The notes under the pieces were generated by a model. The model was given only the letters and a program-made list of their open reading frames with translations, was not told the DNA's origin and did not search any database. The translations under genes and the position numbers were made by a program. A stretch of DNA of 7,622 nt from Naegleria gruberi. Taxonomy: Eukaryota. The DNA lies in NCBI GenBank assembly GCA_000004985.1, contig GG739124.1; one strand, 5' to 3'. Below are positions 1-7,622 of the stretch, piece after piece. Numbering within the stretch: the first letter of the stretch is position 1; the number at the start of each line of letters is the position of its first letter.

Positions 1-336
1 ATAACACTCTAAAAATAAAAGTGAAATTTCTTTGTCCAAGTTGAGTCTTCAAATATTGTAGTTAAATCATAACTTGTTGAAACTCTGAAAATTGAGAATT
101 AGGTAGATTATATCCATATTCATATATTGAAAAAGTCAAAATCTAAAAAATATAACAATAGTCAAAAATCCAATACAACGACACTGGTAAAAATTCTTGA
201 GAAAACGTCTCCGGCCAGCGTCCGTGATTCAACAATTAAAAAAAAATGATCAAACAACAACATGATACTATCTCATCCTTTGATCACTCTATAGAGATCC
301 AACAACAAAAAAACAACACAACTTTTACTTTTAAAT

Positions 337-465
337 ATGACTAAATCAGCAAATAAATTAATAGATTTCGTTACTTATACCAATGATTGCTTTACGTCAA
401 AAAGCAAGCCAAAGGTAGAGAAGATCTTTGACTCAATCGAGAAGAAGGTTGCCAAGAAAAGAAAG
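337..465 (+). CDS. Exon 1 of a hypothetical protein with a Lys-rich, nuclear-localisation-signal-like N-terminus (MTKSANKLIDFVTYTNDCFTSKSKPKVEKIFDSIEKKVAKKRK). It ends at a phase-0 GTAAGT donor.
   Basis: ATG at 337 lies in an A-rich context (ttaaatATGa). There are 43 codons open to 465, immediately followed by GTAAGT at 466. The frame is the same as the long open frame of exon 2. Codon usage is nematode-like. Confidence 0.6.
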
Positions 466-531
466 GTAAGTTTTTTATTTATTATTATTATATATGTATT
501 ATAATTGAATTGAATTAAATAATACAATTAG
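466..531 (+). other. Intron 1 of the same gene. It is 66 nt, in phase 0, very AT-rich, and runs GTAAGT…aattAG.
   Basis: Starts with the consensus donor gtaagt and ends with AG at 530-531. It contains in-frame stops (for example gta tta TAA), so it cannot be read through. Its length is a multiple of 3, yet the downstream frame is only open if it is removed or skipped. The acceptor (caattag) is not the nematode TTTCAG consensus. Confidence 0.55.
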
Positions 532-1081
532 AGCACTACCACCAAGAAAACAAGCAAGAACACACTCATCAACATTCCAAAGAAAGCAACCAAGCCTACA
601 CCTTGTCAATTTGGTGGTGTTGATTGGAGATCTGTTATTGCCACTTATGATCAAGATATATTGGAACTCTACTATCAAAACAGAAGACTAAAAGAATTTA
701 CAATGGAGGCTGCAAACATTTTGCACACAAGATTGCAACCAAATTTCAGCAAGTTCGGAACGTGGAATTTTCTAGGATCTTGTACAAAGGAATTATTGAA
801 CAAACTGTTCTCTCATCAAGATTGTTTGACTTGGGACGCTCCTTTTACATCAAAAGAAAACGGACAAGTTATCAAGAAGACTCAAACCTTCTTCTATTTT
901 TGTGGATCTATGCCAGATTTATTAACAGGAGAGTTTGAATGGGAATTTAAGCAACATCCAATTACGGAAGATTTCAATTTTAAACAGATCGAATCTTTTT
1001 ATAATGAGCTAGTAATTATCATCAAACCAGATAATCGAGTCTTCTGTCATTACTCTCAAGTAACACAAAGCTTTTGTCCAA
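532..1081 (+). CDS. Exon 2 of the same hypothetical protein, truncated by the gap. Reads STTTKKTSKNTLINIPKKATKPTPCQFGGVDWRSVIATYDQDILELYYQNRRLKEF…KPDNRVFCHYSQVTQSFCP. No domain recognised.
   Basis: Open frame of 183 codons from 532 to the gap edge, in the same frame as ORF-track ORF 661... Strongly nematode-like codon preference (aag, aga, gga, cca, caa, ttc, atc). The opposite strand is interrupted by stops outside the gap. Confidence 0.72.
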
Positions 1082-4000
1082 NNNNNNNNNNNNNNNNNNN
1101 NNNNNNNNNNNNNNNNNNNNNNNNNNNNNNNNNNNNNNNNNNNNNNNNNNNNNNNNNNNNNNNNNNNNNNNNNNNNNNNNNNNNNNNNNNNNNNNNNNNN
1201 NNNNNNNNNNNNNNNNNNNNNNNNNNNNNNNNNNNNNNNNNNNNNNNNNNNNNNNNNNNNNNNNNNNNNNNNNNNNNNNNNNNNNNNNNNNNNNNNNNNN
1301 NNNNNNNNNNNNNNNNNNNNNNNNNNNNNNNNNNNNNNNNNNNNNNNNNNNNNNNNNNNNNNNNNNNNNNNNNNNNNNNNNNNNNNNNNNNNNNNNNNNN
1401 NNNNNNNNNNNNNNNNNNNNNNNNNNNNNNNNNNNNNNNNNNNNNNNNNNNNNNNNNNNNNNNNNNNNNNNNNNNNNNNNNNNNNNNNNNNNNNNNNNNN
1501 NNNNNNNNNNNNNNNNNNNNNNNNNNNNNNNNNNNNNNNNNNNNNNNNNNNNNNNNNNNNNNNNNNNNNNNNNNNNNNNNNNNNNNNNNNNNNNNNNNNN
1601 NNNNNNNNNNNNNNNNNNNNNNNNNNNNNNNNNNNNNNNNNNNNNNNNNNNNNNNNNNNNNNNNNNNNNNNNNNNNNNNNNNNNNNNNNNNNNNNNNNNN
1701 NNNNNNNNNNNNNNNNNNNNNNNNNNNNNNNNNNNNNNNNNNNNNNNNNNNNNNNNNNNNNNNNNNNNNNNNNNNNNNNNNNNNNNNNNNNNNNNNNNNN
1801 NNNNNNNNNNNNNNNNNNNNNNNNNNNNNNNNNNNNNNNNNNNNNNNNNNNNNNNNNNNNNNNNNNNNNNNNNNNNNNNNNNNNNNNNNNNNNNNNNNNN
1901 NNNNNNNNNNNNNNNNNNNNNNNNNNNNNNNNNNNNNNNNNNNNNNNNNNNNNNNNNNNNNNNNNNNNNNNNNNNNNNNNNNNNNNNNNNNNNNNNNNNN
2001 NNNNNNNNNNNNNNNNNNNNNNNNNNNNNNNNNNNNNNNNNNNNNNNNNNNNNNNNNNNNNNNNNNNNNNNNNNNNNNNNNNNNNNNNNNNNNNNNNNNN
2101 NNNNNNNNNNNNNNNNNNNNNNNNNNNNNNNNNNNNNNNNNNNNNNNNNNNNNNNNNNNNNNNNNNNNNNNNNNNNNNNNNNNNNNNNNNNNNNNNNNNN
2201 NNNNNNNNNNNNNNNNNNNNNNNNNNNNNNNNNNNNNNNNNNNNNNNNNNNNNNNNNNNNNNNNNNNNNNNNNNNNNNNNNNNNNNNNNNNNNNNNNNNN
2301 NNNNNNNNNNNNNNNNNNNNNNNNNNNNNNNNNNNNNNNNNNNNNNNNNNNNNNNNNNNNNNNNNNNNNNNNNNNNNNNNNNNNNNNNNNNNNNNNNNNN
2401 NNNNNNNNNNNNNNNNNNNNNNNNNNNNNNNNNNNNNNNNNNNNNNNNNNNNNNNNNNNNNNNNNNNNNNNNNNNNNNNNNNNNNNNNNNNNNNNNNNNN
2501 NNNNNNNNNNNNNNNNNNNNNNNNNNNNNNNNNNNNNNNNNNNNNNNNNNNNNNNNNNNNNNNNNNNNNNNNNNNNNNNNNNNNNNNNNNNNNNNNNNNN
2601 NNNNNNNNNNNNNNNNNNNNNNNNNNNNNNNNNNNNNNNNNNNNNNNNNNNNNNNNNNNNNNNNNNNNNNNNNNNNNNNNNNNNNNNNNNNNNNNNNNNN
2701 NNNNNNNNNNNNNNNNNNNNNNNNNNNNNNNNNNNNNNNNNNNNNNNNNNNNNNNNNNNNNNNNNNNNNNNNNNNNNNNNNNNNNNNNNNNNNNNNNNNN
2801 NNNNNNNNNNNNNNNNNNNNNNNNNNNNNNNNNNNNNNNNNNNNNNNNNNNNNNNNNNNNNNNNNNNNNNNNNNNNNNNNNNNNNNNNNNNNNNNNNNNN
2901 NNNNNNNNNNNNNNNNNNNNNNNNNNNNNNNNNNNNNNNNNNNNNNNNNNNNNNNNNNNNNNNNNNNNNNNNNNNNNNNNNNNNNNNNNNNNNNNNNNNN
3001 NNNNNNNNNNNNNNNNNNNNNNNNNNNNNNNNNNNNNNNNNNNNNNNNNNNNNNNNNNNNNNNNNNNNNNNNNNNNNNNNNNNNNNNNNNNNNNNNNNNN
3101 NNNNNNNNNNNNNNNNNNNNNNNNNNNNNNNNNNNNNNNNNNNNNNNNNNNNNNNNNNNNNNNNNNNNNNNNNNNNNNNNNNNNNNNNNNNNNNNNNNNN
3201 NNNNNNNNNNNNNNNNNNNNNNNNNNNNNNNNNNNNNNNNNNNNNNNNNNNNNNNNNNNNNNNNNNNNNNNNNNNNNNNNNNNNNNNNNNNNNNNNNNNN
3301 NNNNNNNNNNNNNNNNNNNNNNNNNNNNNNNNNNNNNNNNNNNNNNNNNNNNNNNNNNNNNNNNNNNNNNNNNNNNNNNNNNNNNNNNNNNNNNNNNNNN
3401 NNNNNNNNNNNNNNNNNNNNNNNNNNNNNNNNNNNNNNNNNNNNNNNNNNNNNNNNNNNNNNNNNNNNNNNNNNNNNNNNNNNNNNNNNNNNNNNNNNNN
3501 NNNNNNNNNNNNNNNNNNNNNNNNNNNNNNNNNNNNNNNNNNNNNNNNNNNNNNNNNNNNNNNNNNNNNNNNNNNNNNNNNNNNNNNNNNNNNNNNNNNN
3601 NNNNNNNNNNNNNNNNNNNNNNNNNNNNNNNNNNNNNNNNNNNNNNNNNNNNNNNNNNNNNNNNNNNNNNNNNNNNNNNNNNNNNNNNNNNNNNNNNNNN
3701 NNNNNNNNNNNNNNNNNNNNNNNNNNNNNNNNNNNNNNNNNNNNNNNNNNNNNNNNNNNNNNNNNNNNNNNNNNNNNNNNNNNNNNNNNNNNNNNNNNNN
3801 NNNNNNNNNNNNNNNNNNNNNNNNNNNNNNNNNNNNNNNNNNNNNNNNNNNNNNNNNNNNNNNNNNNNNNNNNNNNNNNNNNNNNNNNNNNNNNNNNNNN
3901 NNNNNNNNNNNNNNNNNNNNNNNNNNNNNNNNNNNNNNNNNNNNNNNNNNNNNNNNNNNNNNNNNNNNNNNNNNNNNNNNNNNNNNNNNNNNNNNNNNNN

Positions 4001-6335
4001 NNNNNNNNNNNNNNNNNNNNNNNNNNNNNNNNNNNNNNNNNNNNNNNNNNNNNNNNNNNNNNNNNNNNNNNNNNNNNNNNNNNNNNNNNNNNNNNNNNNN
4101 NNNNNNNNNNNNNNNNNNNNNNNNNNNNNNNNNNNNNNNNNNNNNNNNNNNNNNNNNNNNNNNNNNNNNNNNNNNNNNNNNNNNNNNNNNNNNNNNNNNN
4201 NNNNNNNNNNNNNNNNNNNNNNNNNNNNNNNNNNNNNNNNNNNNNNNNNNNNNNNNNNNNNNNNNNNNNNNNNNNNNNNNNNNNNNNNNNNNNNNNNNNN
4301 NNNNNNNNNNNNNNNNNNNNNNNNNNNNNNNNNNNNNNNNNNNNNNNNNNNNNNNNNNNNNNNNNNNNNNNNNNNNNNNNNNNNNNNNNNNNNNNNNNNN
4401 NNNNNNNNNNNNNNNNNNNNNNNNNNNNNNNNNNNNNNNNNNNNNNNNNNNNNNNNNNNNNNNNNNNNNNNNNNNNNNNNNNNNNNNNNNNNNNNNNNNN
4501 NNNNNNNNNNNNNNNNNNNNNNNNNNNNNNNNNNNNNNNNNNNNNNNNNNNNNNNNNNNNNNNNNNNNNNNNNNNNNNNNNNNNNNNNNNNNNNNNNNNN
4601 NNNNNNNNNNNNNNNNNNNNNNNNNNNNNNNNNNNNNNNNNNNNNNNNNNNNNNNNNNNNNNNNNNNNNNNNNNNNNNNNNNNNNNNNNNNNNNNNNNNN
4701 NNNNNNNNNNNNNNNNNNNNNNNNNNNNNNNNNNNNNNNNNNNNNNNNNNNNNNNNNNNNNNNNNNNNNNNNNNNNNNNNNNNNNNNNNNNNNNNNNNNN
4801 NNNNNNNNNNNNNNNNNNNNNNNNNNNNNNNNNNNNNNNNNNNNNNNNNNNNNNNNNNNNNNNNNNNNNNNNNNNNNNNNNNNNNNNNNNNNNNNNNNNN
4901 NNNNNNNNNNNNNNNNNNNNNNNNNNNNNNNNNNNNNNNNNNNNNNNNNNNNNNNNNNNNNNNNNNNNNNNNNNNNNNNNNNNNNNNNNNNNNNNNNNNN
5001 NNNNNNNNNNNNNNNNNNNNNNNNNNNNNNNNNNNNNNNNNNNNNNNNNNNNNNNNNNNNNNNNNNNNNNNNNNNNNNNNNNNNNNNNNNNNNNNNNNNN
5101 NNNNNNNNNNNNNNNNNNNNNNNNNNNNNNNNNNNNNNNNNNNNNNNNNNNNNNNNNNNNNNNNNNNNNNNNNNNNNNNNNNNNNNNNNNNNNNNNNNNN
5201 NNNNNNNNNNNNNNNNNNNNNNNNNNNNNNNNNNNNNNNNNNNNNNNNNNNNNNNNNNNNNNNNNNNNNNNNNNNNNNNNNNNNNNNNNNNNNNNNNNNN
5301 NNNNNNNNNNNNNNNNNNNNNNNNNNNNNNNNNNNNNNNNNNNNNNNNNNNNNNNNNNNNNNNNNNNNNNNNNNNNNNNNNNNNNNNNNNNNNNNNNNNN
5401 NNNNNNNNNNNNNNNNNNNNNNNNNNNNNNNNNNNNNNNNNNNNNNNNNNNNNNNNNNNNNNNNNNNNNNNNNNNNNNNNNNNNNNNNNNNNNNNNNNNN
5501 NNNNNNNNNNNNNNNNNNNNNNNNNNNNNNNNNNNNNNNNNNNNNNNNNNNNNNNNNNNNNNNNNNNNNNNNNNNNNNNNNNNNNNNNNNNNNNNNNNNN
5601 NNNNNNNNNNNNNNNNNNNNNNNNNNNNNNNNNNNNNNNNNNNNNNNNNNNNNNNNNNNNNNNNNNNNNNNNNNNNNNNNNNNNNNNNNNNNNNNNNNNN
5701 NNNNNNNNNNNNNNNNNNNNNNNNNNNNNNNNNNNNNNNNNNNNNNNNNNNNNNNNNNNNNNNNNNNNNNNNNNNNNNNNNNNNNNNNNNNNNNNNNNNN
5801 NNNNNNNNNNNNNNNNNNNNNNNNNNNNNNNNNNNNNNNNNNNNNNNNNNNNNNNNNNNNNNNNNNNNNNNNNNNNNNNNNNNNNNNNNNNNNNNNNNNN
5901 NNNNNNNNNNNNNNNNNNNNNNNNNNNNNNNNNNNNNNNNNNNNNNNNNNNNNNNNNNNNNNNNNNNNNNNNNNNNNNNNNNNNNNNNNNNNNNNNNNNN
6001 NNNNNNNNNNNNNNNNNNNNNNNNNNNNNNNNNNNNNNNNNNNNNNNNNNNNNNNNNNNNNNNNNNNNNNNNNNNNNNNNNNNNNNNNNNNNNNNNNNNN
6101 NNNNNNNNNNNNNNNNNNNNNNNNNNNNNNNNNNNNNNNNNNNNNNNNNNNNNNNNNNNNNNNNNNNNNNNNNNNNNNNNNNNNNNNNNNNNNNNNNNNN
6201 NNNNNNNNNNNNNNNNNNNNNNNNNNNNNNNNNNNNNNNNNNNNNNNNNNNNNNNNNNNNNNNNNNNNNNNNNNNNNNNNNNNNNNNNNNNNNNNNNNNN
6301 NNNNNNNNNNNNNNNNNNNNNNNNNNNNNNNNNNN
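1082..6335. other. Assembly or scaffold gap of 5,254 N. Sequence content, and even the true size, are unknown.
   Basis: Uninterrupted n characters from 1082 to 6335. Base 1081 is a and base 6336 is g. Seen directly. Confidence 0.99.
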
Positions 6336-6337
6336 GT

Positions 6338-6782
6338 AATTCAACAAGATCCCTTCCAAACAATCATGGAAGAGATGCTGTTCCAAGAAAATCTATGGGA
6401 GGAGAAGCCAAGTCAAATCCAAAACTCAACACTGCTACATTCAATCGTGCTTTAGATCGTTTCTTGGAATCAAAGGAAGGTACCGCACTCAAATCTATCC
6501 AATTGACAAATTGACAAAATTCGGTAGAGCTAGTGGCTTAGATAAATACAAGATTGACAGAAACTTGTTAACTACAAGCTAAAAGGTCACGTTTCCAATG
6601 CAGGACATTCAGGTGTTACAGTTGTTGCTGGTTTCGATATAGCTCAACAAACTAATGGATTAGCCTCCCTCGGTTTGCCAAAGAAGTTGGTCTATAAATT
6701 TCCATACACAGGAAAGGAATTGAAGCATTTGCTTGAAAAAGAATCCATTAGAAATTACCAAGGAAGAAGCAAGAGACATTGA
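6338..6782 (+). pseudogene. Coding-like region whose open frame hops from frame 2 to frame 1 to frame 0. It is a candidate frameshifted pseudogene, or a gene corrupted by gap-edge indels. Product not recognised.
   Basis: Frame 2 runs 6338..6514 (NSTRSLPNNHGRDAVPRKSMGGEAKSNPKLNTATFNRALDRFLESKEGTALKSIQLTN*). Frame 1 continues …LTKFGRASGLDKYKIDRNLLTTS* to about 6582. Frame 0 runs about 6558..6782 (QKLVNYKLKGHVSNAGHSGVTVVAGFDIAQQTNGLASLGLPKKLVYKFPYTGKELKHLLEKESIRNYQGRSKRH*). All three use preferred nematode codons. The minus strand is full of stops here. An 8-bp tandem duplication lies exactly at the first frame switch. Confidence 0.3.
6503..6518 (+). repeat. Perfect 8-bp tandem duplication, ttgacaaa ttgacaaa.
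   Basis: Sequence aaTTGACAAATTGACAAAat at 6501..6520. Deleting one copy fuses the frame-2 and frame-1 ORFs into one continuous reading frame. Confidence 0.85.
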
Positions 6783-6851
6783 CACTGCTGTCCTGTACAG
6801 TCTGCCAATAGACCTTAAAATGAGCGCGAAAATTCATCGTAATCAAAAAAA

Positions 6852-7622
6852 ATGGCAAAACCTCTAGTCAACCATTCACTGAGTGTTTTTCTCCATTCCT
6901 CATCACATTCGATTAATTCGATGAATTGGAAGTGTAGGCGGAATAATTTTAATTTATTATTATTAATTATAATATTCATGATGGAAATAATATATTGTGG
7001 AGTGGTAGAATCATCATCTTCCGAAATGTTGGGACAATGGAAATGTAAATCATCGAGTGCTTCCTTGATTGCAAAGTTAGGATCAAAATATGAAATATTT
7101 AAAAATCCAAAGATGCCATCTGTAGAATGTGAAAGGGTCATTCTGCCCGATAACACAGTTCCTCTTCCTGTGGAAGAGTTTTGGCATGTGGAGGATTATC
7201 CAACCATTGCCTTCCCTGAAATTAGTGATTTGAGTTTATTGGATGTTTGTCAATCGTTTAAAATTGTGGAAGAGAGAAATAATTTGACATGCATTGATTT
7301 GTGTGAAAATTATGCATATAATCGAAGTGAGATATTTGATTTTATTAATTATTGTAAATATTGTAGTAATGCAAAAGGATACAAATCATTTAATGAGAGA
7401 ATTGAAAATAATAATTGTAAAAATTCAAATGCTACAATACGATCCATGTTGGAGGATTTTCCGAGAGATGCTAGATTTTGTGGACATAGTAACTTTGGAG
7501 TGCCATTCATTTCACCATATCTAGATTATTCATACTTGTGCTATTGTGTGAATTCTAACATGTTTGGTATGGGGTGTAAAAAGAGAGCTCTTACCGAATT
7601 TATTATAGATTTCACTGCATAC
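6852..7622 (+). CDS. Hypothetical cysteine-rich protein, 3'-partial, that continues beyond the window. It has an N-terminal hydrophobic signal-anchor-like segment, about 12 Cys and NxS/T sequons, so it is a putative type-II membrane or secreted glycoprotein.
   Basis: ATG at 6852 in an aaaaaaaATGg context, just after an in-frame TAA at 6840. At least 257 codons are stop-free to the window end, which is highly improbable by chance in AT-rich DNA. The minus strand at 7520..7622 has stops in all frames. A hydrophobic stretch FNLLLLIIIFMMEIIYCGVV is encoded by about 6948..7007. Cys-containing motifs include TCIDLCENY, YCKYCSN, FCGH and LCYCVN. Sequons NNLT, NRS and NAT are present. This ORF is absent from the ORF track only because it has no stop inside the window. 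Confidence 0.55.
   Translation, partial: MAKPLVNHSLSVFLHSSSHSINSMNWKCRRNNFNLLLLIIIFMMEIIYCGVVESSSSEMLGQWKCKSSSASLIAKLGSKYEIFKNPKMPSVECERVILPDNTVPLPVEEFWHVEDYPTIAFPEISDLSLLDVCQSFKIVEERNNLTCIDLCENYAYNRSEIFDFINYCKYCSNAKGYKSFNERIENNNCKNSNATIRSMLEDFPRDARFCGHSNFGVPFISPYLDYSYLCYCVNSNMFGMGCKKRALTEFIIDFTAY

Noticed and set aside
205-230. A GC-rich island in the otherwise AT-rich leader (cgtctccggccagcgtccgtg), checked for a palindrome, hairpin or regulatory site.
   Set aside because: It contains a CCGG core but is not a convincing inverted repeat. I cannot assign a function from the sequence.
661-6455. ORF-track ORFs 661..6339 (+), 1074..6455 (+), 1009..6363 (-) and 1056..6386 (-), at 1,776 to 1,892 aa.
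   Set aside because: They are open only because about 5.25 kb of N translates as X. Only the portions in real sequence are meaningful. Those are 661..1081 as part of exon 2, and 6336..6455 as a possible terminal exon. The minus-strand ones are antisense shadows of exon 2 running into the gap.
6598-6633. Three CAG(G) motifs at 9-nt spacing (tgCAGGacattCAGGtgttaCAGttgttgCTGgttt), acceptor-like or a short 9-bp periodic repeat.
   Set aside because: It falls inside the frame-0 coding-like segment, where it encodes AGHSGVTVVAG. The periodicity is weak and degenerate. It could mark the real acceptor at 6603, but there is no independent support.
6690-6700. TATAAA at about 6693-6698 (gtcTATAAAtttcc), roughly 155 nt upstream of ATG 6852, considered as a TATA box.
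   Set aside because: It lies inside the codon-optimal frame-0 segment, and TATA-like hexamers are common in AT-rich DNA, so it is not supportable alone.
6932-7002. A very AT-rich stretch (ggcggaataattttaatttattattattaattataatattcatgatggaaataatatattgtggag) that looks intronic.
   Set aside because: There is no good donor (gtgtagg or gtaggc) or acceptor (ttgtggAG) pairing that preserves the frame. Read in frame it encodes a plausible hydrophobic transmembrane segment (NLLLLIIIFMMEIIYCGVV), whose codons are inherently A/T-rich, so I kept it as coding.
7216-7221. A perfect nematode acceptor consensus TTTCAG on the minus strand (ctgaaa on plus), upstream of the minus ORF.
   Set aside because: Reading on from it on the minus strand hits a stop in every frame. 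One frame stops after 6 codons and the other two after 32 and 43. On the plus strand it is simply codons P-E-I of the long ORF.
7294-7524. ORF-track plus-strand ORF of 76 aa (MICVKIMHIIEVRYLILLIIVNIVVMQKDTNH…).
   Set aside because: It is in frame 1 and nested inside the much longer frame-0 ORF 6852..7622. Its translation is low-complexity I/L/V from AT-rich codons read out of frame. It is most likely an overlapping chance ORF.
1-7622. A search for prokaryotic-style systems: CRISPR repeats, toxin-antitoxin pairs, defence operons, IS elements, tRNA or rRNA.
   Set aside because: The real sequence is eukaryotic in character (GTAAGT introns, eukaryote-style ATG contexts, nematode codon bias) and has no direct or inverted repeat arrays or RNA-gene-like structures. 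The only repeat is the 8-bp tandem duplication. Anything novel hidden in the gap cannot be assessed.

Overview
This window is a draft eukaryotic scaffold, not a prokaryotic locus. It is AT-rich, has a GTAAGT…AG spliced intron, and its codon usage (gga, cca, aga, caa, aag, ttc, atc preferred) resembles Caenorhabditis-type nematodes. Only about 2.37 kb is real sequence: bases 1..1081 and 6336..7622. A 5,254-nt run of N (1082..6335) is an assembly gap, so every ORF-track ORF that crosses it (661..6339, 1009..6363, 1056..6386, 1074..6455) is an artefact beyond the gap edges. The left flank holds a 5' leader and the first two exons of a plus-strand gene: ATG at 337, a 66-nt intron at 466..531, and exon 2 running into the gap. 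The gene encodes a lysine-rich N-terminus followed by a Cys/Trp-containing region in which I recognise no domain. The right flank holds two things. At 6338..6782 there is a plus-strand stretch that looks coding in all three frames in succession (frame 2, then 1, then 0). An 8-bp tandem duplication sits exactly at the first frame switch, which suggests a decaying pseudogene or indel errors next to the gap. At 6852 an ATG opens a plus-strand ORF of at least 257 codons that runs off the window end. It has a hydrophobic signal-anchor-like segment, about 12 cysteines and N-glycosylation sequons, consistent with a type-II membrane or secreted cysteine-rich glycoprotein. I see no defence system, CRISPR array, mobile element or RNA gene. 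The honest limits are that 69% of the window is unknown and that I could not assign any gene product to a family by eye.
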